A DNA stretch of 64,000 bases, taken from contig MTLP01000022.1 of the NCBI GenBank assembly GCA_002009975.1, positions 48,207-112,206 on the forward strand, given 5' to 3'. Position numbers and translations under genes: made by a program. The notes beneath the pieces were generated by a model, which saw only the letters and a program-made list of their open reading frames with translations, had not been told where the DNA came from and ran no database searches. Position 1 is the first letter of the stretch. The number at the start of each line of letters is the position of its first letter. Of this stretch, positions 9,424 to 19,100 are shown piece after piece. This stretch comes from Thermococcus sp. JdFR-02. Lineage in GTDB: Archaea > Methanobacteriota_B > Thermococci > Thermococcales > Thermococcaceae.

Positions 9424-9875
9424 AATGTCCGATTTGTGGAGTTGAGATGGAAAATATTGAGGAGCATTTAAAGGGTCATATAAACTTTGAAAGAAAGCTT
9501 CTAAAGGAGGAACTTGATTCTCTGAAGAACATGGATCGTTTTATGCTTTATAACGTGATGGGGAAGACTATAGTAGTTAATACAAAAATCGATAAGCCTT
9601 TTACTTTCCACTGCTCAGCAGAGAATTGTGGCATAGACATAAAATTGGAAGGAACGATCAAGGTAACTGACTTTAAAGATTACATTGTCACAAAGGCAAT
9701 AGCCCTTTCAAAAATCGAGAGCTTTAAAGAGCTTTTAAAAAGTTCCTTAGATGACAAGCCCTTAGTTTTTGAAGGGTATGTAAATGGGAAAAAAGTCAAG
9801 CTTCCTGCAGAGAGCACAGAGGATTTTTCAAGAAGATTTCTCTCAATGAAAGACTCGTATTACATACTTCGTTAA
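9420..9875 (+). CDS. Hypothetical protein with N-terminal C2H2-like Zn finger
   Basis: KCPICG...EHLKGH. Confidence 0.65.
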   Translation: MKCPICGVEMENIEEHLKGHINFERKLLKEELDSLKNMDRFMLYNVMGKTIVVNTKIDKPFTFHCSAENCGIDIKLEGTIKVTDFKDYIVTKAIALSKIESFKELLKSSLDDKPLVFEGYVNGKKVKLPAESTEDFSRRFLSMKDSYYILR

Positions 9876-10333
9876 GGCTTTAAGTTCATATCCTCCTTTA
9901 CGATTTCCATTGCAACATGGGTAGTCGTTTTTTCAACTCCGTCAATAGACAGTACACTCTTTACGAATTTGTTCATATCTTCCCTTCCTCTGAACTTTGC
10001 CACAACGATTATGTCAAATTCCCCAGTTACGTCATAAACGCACATCACATGATCATCCTTAGCTATCTCCTTTTCTATCTCTATTATCCTTTTTCCTTGA
10101 GCTCTAACACCAATTATAGCTGTAAGACCATAACCGAGCTTTTCATAATCTAATTTTGGGTAGAAGCCTTTTATCACACCTTCCTCTTCAAGTCTCTTAA
10201 TTCTATTATACACAGTGCCAACTGCAATCCCTAACTCTTTAGCGATTTCTCTATAAGATAGACGAGCATCTTTTTGTAAGAGCGTTAATATTTGCCTATC
10301 CAAGTCATCTATCACTATCATCCCCCTTTCCAT
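9872..10333 (-). CDS. Lrp/AsnC family transcriptional regulator
   Basis: DDLDRQIL...DARLSYREIAKELG HTH and VTGEFD. Confidence 0.92.
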   Translation of the reverse strand: MERGMIVIDDLDRQILTLLQKDARLSYREIAKELGIAVGTVYNRIKRLEEEGVIKGFYPKLDYEKLGYGLTAIIGVRAQGKRIIEIEKEIAKDDHVMCVYDVTGEFDIIVVAKFRGREDMNKFVKSVLSIDGVEKTTTHVAMEIVKEDMNLKP

Positions 10334-10385
10334 AATTTACCGTAAAGTTTAAATATTCTTCCCTTTTCAATCCTTCTTGGACTGA

Positions 10386-10463
10386 GGACCGGTAGCCTAG
10401 CCAGGATAGGGCAGCGGCCTCCTAAGCCGCAGGTCCGGGGTTCGAATCCCCGCCGGTCCGCCA
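10386..10463 (+). tRNA. tRNA-Arg(CCT)
   Basis: Cloverleaf; anticodon arm GCGGC-CT-CCT-AA-GCCGC; GTTCGAATC; encoded CCA. Confidence 0.96.
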
Positions 10464-10530
10464 AAACAAAAATCTAGCCTTTTTATAATTTTCTTCCAAA
10501 TTAAAAATAGAAGAGTACAAACTAGTGAAG

Positions 10531-11673
10531 CTACCACTTTGATAGGAGGTAATCCTTCTCCTTCAAAAATATCTCTGCTCTTCTTTCAATGATCCTCTCA
10601 GCTTCTAATGTACTCATGTCTTTAGTTTTTTCAACGAAATCTGCTGTCTTTGCAAAGTAAAGCGGAACTAGTGGTTCCGGCTTTTCTAATATTCCATTCT
10701 TGTAAGCAACAGCAGCATCGTATAAAACATGGCTCCAAAGAATGTCATCGAAGTCAAATGTTTTTAGAGCTTTTTCAACACTTCCAAATGTTTCCTCTGA
10801 AAGAACTTTCTTCAAAATATCTCTATTCTCCTCAAATCCTTCTTTTGCCTTAATTTTTAGTTTCTCAAGGTTAATTTTAACTTCTTCTGGTTCTGCTTTT
10901 TCGACCTTTCCTACTAGAGGTACCTCCGTAATCTCCCTCACATTTTTCCAAACATTTTCATATTTCTTCATCAGCATAAATAGGGTCCCAACAACTTGAT
11001 TGAACATTGGGCCTAGACTCTCTGCTGGGTCCTTTGGGTTATGAATCTTTAAACCTAACGCCGTTTGAATAACTTTAAACCCTTCTGCAATTGCTGTAGT
11101 TGTTAAAAAGATGTCAACTCCAAATCTTGCAACGTCAGTCTTCCAAACTTCTCCATTTTTTAAATAGACATCAAAGAGCCTTGAACTTACTCCAAAATCT
11201 CCTCCAATTGGCTGTCTGACTTTAAATCCATACAAAGCGGTTGTCATTGGAAAGGCGATGTTGTTCGTTATAGTTCCATCGTATTTATGCCTAATATAAT
11301 ATGGAACAACAAAATCGTAGCCATCAACAATAGGCTTTGCAAATTTATAAATCCACTCTGGAGTTATGCTCCTCAAATCACTATCAACAAAGATCAAAAT
11401 TTCTGCACCTTTTTCTCTTGCAAGTTCCATTAGCTCCTTCATAGCACTCCCTTTTCCGGGAATAGGCCATTTATAAACAAAGCTTAAAACTTCAATTCCT
11501 TCTGGGACTTTTGTGCTTAAAACAACGTCTCTTGTGCCATCTTTACTTCCGCCATCAGCGTTTACTATTATTCCTCCCCCAAAATACTTTTTTAAGCCTT
11601 CTGCAACCTGTTTAACGACAAAGCCAATTGTGTCAGCGTTATTATAGCTCGGGATTCCAACCATAATTTTCAT
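10531..11673 (-). CDS. GT-A glycosyltransferase, glucosyl/mannosyl-glycerate synthase-like
   Basis: GIPSYNN, GKGSA, DSD, R.KYDGTITN and QPIGGDF; start moved to MKIMV at 11673. Confidence 0.75.
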   Translation of the reverse strand: MKIMVGIPSYNNADTIGFVVKQVAEGLKKYFGGGIIVNADGGSKDGTRDVVLSTKVPEGIEVLSFVYKWPIPGKGSAMKELMELAREKGAEILIFVDSDLRSITPEWIYKFAKPIVDGYDFVVPYYIRHKYDGTITNNIAFPMTTALYGFKVRQPIGGDFGVSSRLFDVYLKNGEVWKTDVARFGVDIFLTTTAIAEGFKVIQTALGLKIHNPKDPAESLGPMFNQVVGTLFMLMKKYENVWKNVREITEVPLVGKVEKAEPEEVKINLEKLKIKAKEGFEENRDILKKVLSEETFGSVEKALKTFDFDDILWSHVLYDAAVAYKNGILEKPEPLVPLYFAKTADFVEKTKDMSTLEAERIIERRAEIFLKEKDYLLSKW

Positions 11674-11688
11674 CCTTTCATCCCTCCA

Positions 11689-11712
11689 AAAATACAACCA
11701 TCCAAAGTGGTT
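11689..11712. promoter_or_regulatory. Candidate operator copy 1 (AAAATACAACCATCCAAAGTGGTT)
   Basis: 20/24 identical to 13831-13854; contains AACCA-N7-TGGTT dyad; divergent promoter region. Confidence 0.55.
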
Positions 11713-11769
11713 TATATTGGGGAAAGCATTATATACTTTTTGTTTTTAGAACAACCTTGAGGGATATAT

Positions 11770-12798
11770 ATGGCAGAAAGGAAACTCCGAGTAGGAGTCA
11801 TAGGATGTGGCAACATTTTTAATTTAGCGCACAGAAATGCCCTAAAAAAGCTGGAAAACATCAAAGTTGTTGCTTTTATGGACATTAAAGTGGAAAAAGC
11901 AAAACAAGCAGCGAAAGAGTTTAATGCAAGCTATTATAGAAATCTAGATGAGTTTCTTGATTTAGATTTAGACGTTGTTGAAATTCTAACTCCAACCTAC
12001 ACACATGCAGACTTGGCTATTAAAGCATTAAAGAGTGGAAAACATGTTATCGTTGAAAAACCAATAGCCTTAACCTCTGAAGAAGCTGAAAGAATGATAA
12101 AAACTGCTGAAAAAGAAGATTTAAAGCTCTTTGTAGGACATGTAAGACGTTTTGACAAAAGATGGATGCAGATAAAAGAGATACTCAAAAAAAGAAACAT
12201 TTTACCGATGCATATAAAGAAATCAGAAGTTCAAAGATTGCCTTTTCCAGAGACTTACTGGTATTGGAAGAACAACAAAAGCGGAGGAGTTGCAATAGAC
12301 TTAGGGGTTCACGTTACAGACTTCTTGAGATGGTACTTTGAGAGCGAGCCTGTTGAAGTGTTTGCTCTTGGTAAAATGATAAAAAAAGAAGCAATAGCAA
12401 ATAACACTTACGATCATTTTGTCATGATGATTAAGTTTAATGGAGGAAAAACAGGAATAGCTGAAGTGAGCTGGGCTTATCCATATCCAGCGCGCTATGG
12501 AGTTTTCTATCATCATCTAGATATCATCGGCAAAAATGGAAGAATCAGGTATACCCCAATGGATACCCCAGTAGTTGGAGTCGCGAAAAGGCACTTTGAA
12601 ATGCCACGCTTTTCCCCATTGTTATCAACATTCCCAGATGCCTTTGAGAGGGAATTAAGACACTTTATAGAATGCATATCCAGAAACAAAGAACCTGTTG
12701 TGACAGCACATGATGCAAAGATAGCCCTAGAGATAGCAGAAAAAGCCCTTGAATCCGCTAAAAGAGGAGAAGCGGTTAGAATGGAGGTGAGAGAATGA
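11770..12798 (+). CDS. Gfo/Idh/MocA oxidoreductase
   Basis: GVIGCGNI, VEKP and GG...DLGVH. Confidence 0.9.
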   Translation: MAERKLRVGVIGCGNIFNLAHRNALKKLENIKVVAFMDIKVEKAKQAAKEFNASYYRNLDEFLDLDLDVVEILTPTYTHADLAIKALKSGKHVIVEKPIALTSEEAERMIKTAEKEDLKLFVGHVRRFDKRWMQIKEILKKRNILPMHIKKSEVQRLPFPETYWYWKNNKSGGVAIDLGVHVTDFLRWYFESEPVEVFALGKMIKKEAIANNTYDHFVMMIKFNGGKTGIAEVSWAYPYPARYGVFYHHLDIIGKNGRIRYTPMDTPVVGVAKRHFEMPRFSPLLSTFPDAFERELRHFIECISRNKEPVVTAHDAKIALEIAEKALESAKRGEAVRMEVRE

Positions 12799-13817
12799 TT
12801 AGGTTTGGAATCATAAGTTATGCTCATCCTCATGCCATAAGATATGCTGAAACCATAGTAAATAATCCAAAGGCTAAGCTCTATGCAATTTCCGGTGACG
12901 GTGCAAACAGTGATGTTGCAAAAAGGGAAGCACAAAGATTTACAGTCAAAGGTTCTATAGTAAGATTTTACGAAAATTATGAACAGCTTTTGAAAGATAA
13001 AAAGGTTGATGCTGTTTATATTGCAATTGAAACTTACAGACACAAAGAAGTTGCAATTAGGGCTGCAGAAGAGGGGAAGCACATACTTTTAGAAAAACCA
13101 ATAGCATTAAATCTTAAAGATGCTGAGGAGATTATTAAAACTGCAAAAAAGAATGATGTTAAGTTAATGGTTCCATTCAATCCACGTTTTACAACCCCAT
13201 TAATGAAAGCCAAGGAAATGATAGAAAGGGGAGAGATAGGCAAGCTAGAGTATATAAATGCAATTTCAGAATATGTAAAACCTCCAATCTTCTTAGAGGG
13301 GCTGGATTTGAGCTGGTTCTTAGATAGCAAAAAATCTGGTGGCGGTGGCTTTATGGACACAGCACCACATGGAATCGATTCCCTTCTATGGCTAGTAAAA
13401 AGCGAACCTAAGAAGGTTTATGCCGATATAGGCTCAAAGATCTACGGATTTCCAGTGGATGATATTGGAACAGCAGTTTTAGAGTTTAAAAATGGCGTTA
13501 TAGCAGTTTTAAGTGCTGGATGGGGCAATCCAAAAGGTTACTCATACAACCTTGAACTTAAGTATTACTTGGTTGGAAAAGAAGGATTCTTGGATGTAAG
13601 AACAGTTTACCCAGATTTTACAGTGTATCAAGATAGAGCTGAGAAGATCTATTGGGAAAGAGTGGATGTTGAAAACATTGTTAAAAGCTTCGTAAATTCA
13701 ATAATCTACGATAAGGATCCTCCAATTACTGGAGAAGACGCCAAGAAGAACCTTGCAATAATTTTAGCCGCTTATGAATCTTCTAAGACTGGAAAGGTTA
13801 TTAAACTTTCCCTGTAA
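12795..13817 (+). CDS. Gfo/Idh/MocA oxidoreductase
   Basis: LEKP and SGGGGFMDTAPH; atypical N-terminal ISYAHPH. Confidence 0.88.
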   Translation: MIRFGIISYAHPHAIRYAETIVNNPKAKLYAISGDGANSDVAKREAQRFTVKGSIVRFYENYEQLLKDKKVDAVYIAIETYRHKEVAIRAAEEGKHILLEKPIALNLKDAEEIIKTAKKNDVKLMVPFNPRFTTPLMKAKEMIERGEIGKLEYINAISEYVKPPIFLEGLDLSWFLDSKKSGGGGFMDTAPHGIDSLLWLVKSEPKKVYADIGSKIYGFPVDDIGTAVLEFKNGVIAVLSAGWGNPKGYSYNLELKYYLVGKEGFLDVRTVYPDFTVYQDRAEKIYWERVDVENIVKSFVNSIIYDKDPPITGEDAKKNLAIILAAYESSKTGKVIKLSL

Positions 13818-13830
13818 CTTTACTTTTTTC

Positions 13831-13854
13831 AAAATACAACAACTGAAAGTGGTT
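13831..13854. promoter_or_regulatory. Candidate operator copy 2 (AAAATACAACAACTGAAAGTGGTT)
   Basis: Just upstream of the TTATATA box (13867) of the ABC operon; matches 11689-11712. Confidence 0.55.
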
Positions 13855-13918
13855 CTATCATAACGCTTATATATCCTATGTTGCATAATTTTAGTGACAT
13901 GTACCGAGGTGGTGTCTA

Positions 13919-15241
13919 ATGAAAAAGGCAGTACTTAGCCTATTTTTGATTGGAGTTTTAGCCTTTGCTGTTGTAGCAAGTGGATGTGTAAGTAAGGAAG
14001 AAACAACGCCCACAACTTCAGAACAACCAAAAGAAACTACGCCTGCAAAACTTATATGGGTTTCAACCCAACTTAATCCACCCGAAGAGAGAGCATTTGT
14101 CCAAGAGGTTCTTCTAAGCGAATTTAAGAAGGAGACAGGAATTGATGTTGAGTTTATTGCCATATCCTATACAGACTTGGCAACAAGACTTGAAGCTGAA
14201 GAAACAACTGGCAAGGTTACAATTGATGTAATTGGTGAATTACACGGAGGATTGGATTACTTTAACTCAAAAGGCTGGCTAATGGACCTAAGCAACATGC
14301 CAGCCTTAAGTGGAAGAACTTTCATCTCAACCTTTGAAAAGTATGCAACAATTGGTGGAAAGAAGGTTTATGTTCCATGGATGAGCGCTACCTACGTAAT
14401 GGTAATTAACAAGAAAGCTTTTGACTATCTCCCAGATGGACTAACAAAGGATGATGTTATGAAAGGAACCGAGAAGTGGACTTATGACGCATTCTTAGCT
14501 TGGGCTAAGAAGCTTAAAGAAGCAACTGGTTCACCACAAGTTGGATTCCCAGCAGGTCCAAAAGGATTATTCGTAAGATTCTTGCACGGTTACATATACC
14601 CTGCATATACTGGATATCAAGCAAAAGCCTTTGATTCACCAGAAGCTGTAACAATGTGGAACTACCTTAAGAGCCTCTGGCCATACGTGCACCCAGCAAG
14701 TACAACATGGGATGCTATGTCAGATCCACTCCTTAAGGGAGAAGTCCTAATCGCTTGGGATCACACTGCAAGAATTAAGAATGCTATTGAAACAAGACCA
14801 GATGACTTTGTAGTTGTTCCAGTTCCAAGAGGACCAAAGGGAAGAGGATTCATCCTAGTCGTCGCTGGATTAGCCATTCCACAAAACGCTCCAAATCCAG
14901 ATGCAGCTTGGAAATTAATTGACTACCTTACAAAGCCAGAAACACAAGTTAAGGTTCTCGAAAAGGTTGGATTCTTCCCAACAGTTAAAGAGGCAAGCGG
15001 CGCTCTACCAGCAGGACCACTTAAGATCTTAGCTGAGGGTGTTGCTGCTCAGTCATCAACACCAGATGCAGTAGTTGCTATGATTCCAAACTTGGGTGCA
15101 AAGGGTGGTGAATTCAAAGCTATTTACAAGGAAGCATTTACAAGGATTGTCTTAAACAACGAAGATCCAGCAACAGTTACAAAAGAACTTGGTCCAAAGC
15201 TTAAGGGATTGTTCGAGGAAGTAGGAATAGAAGTTCCATGA
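13919..15241 (+). CDS. Sugar ABC transporter substrate-binding lipoprotein
   Basis: Lipobox VASGC, Thr/Pro linker, first gene of an ABC operon. Confidence 0.9.
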   Translation: MKKAVLSLFLIGVLAFAVVASGCVSKEETTPTTSEQPKETTPAKLIWVSTQLNPPEERAFVQEVLLSEFKKETGIDVEFIAISYTDLATRLEAEETTGKVTIDVIGELHGGLDYFNSKGWLMDLSNMPALSGRTFISTFEKYATIGGKKVYVPWMSATYVMVINKKAFDYLPDGLTKDDVMKGTEKWTYDAFLAWAKKLKEATGSPQVGFPAGPKGLFVRFLHGYIYPAYTGYQAKAFDSPEAVTMWNYLKSLWPYVHPASTTWDAMSDPLLKGEVLIAWDHTARIKNAIETRPDDFVVVPVPRGPKGRGFILVVAGLAIPQNAPNPDAAWKLIDYLTKPETQVKVLEKVGFFPTVKEASGALPAGPLKILAEGVAAQSSTPDAVVAMIPNLGAKGGEFKAIYKEAFTRIVLNNEDPATVTKELGPKLKGLFEEVGIEVP

Positions 15242-15254
15242 GGGAGGAGGAAGA

Positions 15255-16109
15255 ATGAAGATTAAATCTGAATTCCTTCCCTACCTTTTAATTTTACCTG
15301 CCTTTGCGTATTTAATGTTCTTTGTTGGTTATCCTCTAGCTCAGGCATTGTATTTAGCCTTTACTCAGAATGGTGCGTTTTCTTTAGCCACAGTTCGTAG
15401 AGCGATTAGCGATTATTATTTTTGGACTGCTTTAAAATATACCCTCGGTTTAGCTGCTATAATAGTTCCAACCCAAGTTATTTTAGCATTGGTTTTAGCA
15501 TTGGTTATGAATAAGAGTTTTAAGGGTAGAGATTTGAGTATATACGCTCTTGTGATTCCCTTAACAATAAGTGATGTTGCTGCTGGTCTTATCTGGTACT
15601 CAATGCTTTCACCCTACGGGTTTTTAAATAAGCTCCTAATGAATATTGGGATTCTTGATAACCCAATCTACTTTTTTGGATATCAATTTAGGCATATGGA
15701 ATTCTTGGCAATAGTTTTGGCTGAGCTTTGGAGGGCTACCGCTATAGTTTTTGTTATAATCTTAGCAGGTCTCCAGATGATAAGTAACGAATATCTTGAA
15801 GCTGCTGAAGTTTTTGGTGCAACCTACTGGATAAAGCTCAGGCGTATTGTTATTCCCCTCCTAAAGCCAAGCATTCAAAGTGCTTTAATCATAAGAACTC
15901 TCTTTGCAATGCAGGTCTTCGGTATAGTATGGATATTGGCAGGAAGAGACATTCCAATCTTGGCTGGAGAAGGATTCTACCAGTTAACAGAGATCAAGGA
16001 CTATGGAGTTGCATCAATCTATGCATTGGTTATAGCAGGTCTATCAATCCTCCTTGGAGCGCTGTACATTAAGTTCATGAAAGCTGAGTATTTGGAGGTG
16101 AAAAGATGA
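15255..16109 (+). CDS. Sugar ABC permease (MalF-like)
   Basis: EAA loop LEAAEVFGA; 6 TM. Confidence 0.92.
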   Translation: MKIKSEFLPYLLILPAFAYLMFFVGYPLAQALYLAFTQNGAFSLATVRRAISDYYFWTALKYTLGLAAIIVPTQVILALVLALVMNKSFKGRDLSIYALVIPLTISDVAAGLIWYSMLSPYGFLNKLLMNIGILDNPIYFFGYQFRHMEFLAIVLAELWRATAIVFVIILAGLQMISNEYLEAAEVFGATYWIKLRRIVIPLLKPSIQSALIIRTLFAMQVFGIVWILAGRDIPILAGEGFYQLTEIKDYGVASIYALVIAGLSILLGALYIKFMKAEYLEVKR

Positions 16110-16939
16110 ACGATGAAACAAAATATATGCTAAAACAACTTGCCTTTTACACCTTTATCTTTGTTGTTGTGGCGTGGATAGTTGTTCCCTTAATAGTTGC
16201 AACGCTCTATGCGTTTGCAGCCCCAAAAGACTATTATGATCCAAATAAGGTCATACCACTACATTTTACAGCTAAATACGTAAAAACGATACTCATTCAT
16301 CTTGGTGCATGGGAGGCAATAAAAAACAGTGTAGTTGTAGCCCTACTTACAATAGCCATAAGTTTTACCTTGGGAATACCAGCTGGATACGCTATAGCAA
16401 AGTTCATCTTCCCTGCAAAAGACACTATAAAGCTCTCCATAGTTGCATTGAGAATGTTCCCAATTCCTGTAATGGCAATTCCCTTAGTAATCCTCTATAT
16501 AAGGCTCAATTTAATTGACACTCGTTTAGGTGTCGCTTTAGCACACACTGCAATGGCTTTGCCCTTTGTGGTTTTAATAACTTCAAGTATTTTCGCTGGA
16601 GTAGCAACTGAATTAGAAGAAGCAGGTATGGTATTTGGACTTACAAGGCTTGGCTCATTCCTAAAAATAACCTTACCATTAGCTTTACCGGGTTTAGCTG
16701 CTGCAGCAATGTTTACATTCGTTATGTCTTGGAATGAGGTATTTGTAGCCTCAGTATTAACCCTATCCCATAGAACTTTACCAGCGCAAATCCTTTCAAT
16801 AATGGCTGGCTCAAGTGGAGGAGCTGCTCCAGATTATTACAAATTCGCTGCAGCATTTATAATGACATTACCTGCTATGCTCTTTGTATTCTTCGCAAGG
16901 AAGTATCTGATCACGATGTGGGGAATATCACTCAAGTGA
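16106..16939 (+). CDS. Sugar ABC permease (MalG-like)
   Basis: LEEAGMVFG and SWNE. Confidence 0.92.
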   Translation: MNDETKYMLKQLAFYTFIFVVVAWIVVPLIVATLYAFAAPKDYYDPNKVIPLHFTAKYVKTILIHLGAWEAIKNSVVVALLTIAISFTLGIPAGYAIAKFIFPAKDTIKLSIVALRMFPIPVMAIPLVILYIRLNLIDTRLGVALAHTAMALPFVVLITSSIFAGVATELEEAGMVFGLTRLGSFLKITLPLALPGLAAAAMFTFVMSWNEVFVASVLTLSHRTLPAQILSIMAGSSGGAAPDYYKFAAAFIMTLPAMLFVFFARKYLITMWGISLK

Positions 16940-16948
16940 GGTGTTCAT

Positions 16949-18061
16949 ATGGTGGAAGTTAGGCTTGAAAACTTAAAGAAATACTTTGACAAGGGAAGGG
17001 TAAAGGCTGTTGATGGAATTGACTTGACGATCAAAGATGGTGAGTTTTTAGTGCTTTTGGGTCCAAGTGGATGTGGAAAAACTACGACCTTGAGAATGAT
17101 CTCCGGTTTAGAGTTGCCAACAGATGGTAAAATTTACTTTGGAGATAAAGATGTCACTTATTTGCCTCCAAAAGATAGAAACATTTCAATGGTTTTCCAG
17201 AGCTATGCTGTTTGGCCCCACATGAAAGTCTATGACAACATAGCCTTTCCATTGAAAATCAAAAAATATCCAAAAGATGAGATAGATAAACGCGTGAAGT
17301 GGGTAGCAGAACTTCTGCAAATTGAAGAGCTCTTGGATCGTTATCCCGCTCAATTGAGTGGTGGGCAAAGGCAAAGAGTTGCAGTTGCAAGAGCAATAGT
17401 TGTTGAGCCAGATGTTTTGCTTATGGATGAGCCTCTTTCAAACTTAGATGCAAAGCTTAGAGTTATGATGCGTGCTGAGATTAAGAAATTGCAAACAAAG
17501 CTAAAAGTCACGACCGTTTATGTTACTCACGACCAAGTTGAAGCAATGACAATGGGTGACAGAATAGCAGTGATGAAGCAAGGAAAACTACTTCAAGTTG
17601 GACCACCTGCTGAAGTTTATTTAAAACCAAACTCAATCTTCGTTGCAACTTTCATAGGAGCACCAGAAATGAATTTGCTTGATGTTACAGTTAAAGAAGA
17701 TGAAAAAGGGCTAATTTTGGAAGGAGAGAGCTTTGAGATTCCACTTCCAGAGGATTTCACACCTTTACTGAAGGATTATGTTAATAAAACAGTGATCATG
17801 GGAATAAGACCAGAGCATTTAATCGTTGAAGGAATTTCAGAAATTCTTCATGTAAAGAGAAGGGCAAAGATTGAAGGGGTGGTAGATTTCGTTGAAGCCT
17901 TGGGAACAGATACAATTGTTCACGCTAAGGTTGGGGAAAAGATCATTAAGATTAAACTTGCAGGAAATGTAAATGTCCCAATCAGGGAGAAAATTAAAAT
18001 AATAGTTGATCTTGACACTATGCATATTTTCGATAAACAAAATGAAAAGGCAATAATATGA
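16949..18061 (+). CDS. malK: Sugar ABC ATPase (MalK family)
   Basis: GPSGCGKTT, LSGGQRQR, DEPLSNLDA and C-terminal OB domain (GIRPEH). Confidence 0.93.
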   Translation: MVEVRLENLKKYFDKGRVKAVDGIDLTIKDGEFLVLLGPSGCGKTTTLRMISGLELPTDGKIYFGDKDVTYLPPKDRNISMVFQSYAVWPHMKVYDNIAFPLKIKKYPKDEIDKRVKWVAELLQIEELLDRYPAQLSGGQRQRVAVARAIVVEPDVLLMDEPLSNLDAKLRVMMRAEIKKLQTKLKVTTVYVTHDQVEAMTMGDRIAVMKQGKLLQVGPPAEVYLKPNSIFVATFIGAPEMNLLDVTVKEDEKGLILEGESFEIPLPEDFTPLLKDYVNKTVIMGIRPEHLIVEGISEILHVKRRAKIEGVVDFVEALGTDTIVHAKVGEKIIKIKLAGNVNVPIREKIKIIVDLDTMHIFDKQNEKAII

Positions 18062-18070
18062 GGGACTATA

Positions 18071-19096
18071 ATGGAGGAGAAGGAACTTAAGGGATTGCTA
18101 AAGGAAGTTGGGTTAAATGAATACGAAGTTAATGCCTATTTAGCCCTAATTAGGGAAGGAGCTTTAACGGCTAGTGAGCTAGCCACACTTTCAAAAGTCC
18201 CTCAACCAAGAATCTATGACGTCATAAGAACGTTAATGACCAAAGGCTTCGTAATCGTCAGCGGTGGAAGACCAAAAACAATTATTCCTATTGATCCAGA
18301 GAAAGTTTTAAACGAAATCGAAAAGGCTTACACCTCAAAAATTGAAAGAGCGAAAGAGAAGCTTAAAGAACTCTATAAACCACACGAAGAGCTAATTGGG
18401 AATGTTATAGTCGTCAAAAGCAAGGTAACCTTTGAAAAATATACAAAAAAAGCCATAGGAGATGCACAGAGGCATGTATCAATCGCTCTCCCAATGTCTT
18501 TTCTAAAACGCATTCAAGAGGACATAAGGGAGAAAAAGCAGGAAGGAGTGCAAATTAATCTCTTTGTTTATGGAAAGGGTAAGGTTCCTCCAATCGCCCA
18601 AAAGATAAAGATCAGAGAAGTCCCCGATCCATTTATATTAATTCAAGATAAAGAAATAGGAATTTATGCTCCTCCAGAAGCAGTGACAACAAAGAGCTCT
18701 ACCCTACATGGATATGCAATGATAATTAGAGATGAAAATCTACTCTTTATGTTTGACCGTTATTTCTATCATGCTTTGTGGCCCACAGGAAAGACAGTTT
18801 ATGAGGAAGAAAGAAAGCTGAGGCTTCCCAAGAGATACATCCACATAAGAGAACTCGTCAGCGATATTAGGCAATTCAACTTGCTTGGAGCTAAAGTTGA
18901 AGTTGCCGGAAAATTTGTTAAGAGTAAAAATCCCGTGTATGTAACGGGTAAAATCATTGACTTTTTTGAAAGTGAAGGTAGAGTCATATCTAATATAACC
19001 ATAGAAACAGAAGACGGAGAAAGGTACGTTGTTGGAGGTTGGAACTCCTCCCTCGAGGATATTGAGGCAGATTCAATAATCCTAAAGGAGAAGTGA
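18071..19096 (+). CDS. TrmB-family transcriptional regulator
   Basis: GLNEYE..AY...VPQPRIYD HTH; C-terminal VGGW...EDIE sugar-binding end. Confidence 0.9.
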   Translation: MEEKELKGLLKEVGLNEYEVNAYLALIREGALTASELATLSKVPQPRIYDVIRTLMTKGFVIVSGGRPKTIIPIDPEKVLNEIEKAYTSKIERAKEKLKELYKPHEELIGNVIVVKSKVTFEKYTKKAIGDAQRHVSIALPMSFLKRIQEDIREKKQEGVQINLFVYGKGKVPPIAQKIKIREVPDPFILIQDKEIGIYAPPEAVTTKSSTLHGYAMIIRDENLLFMFDRYFYHALWPTGKTVYEEERKLRLPKRYIHIRELVSDIRQFNLLGAKVEVAGKFVKSKNPVYVTGKIIDFFESEGRVISNITIETEDGERYVVGGWNSSLEDIEADSIILKEK

Positions 19097-19100
19097 TAAA

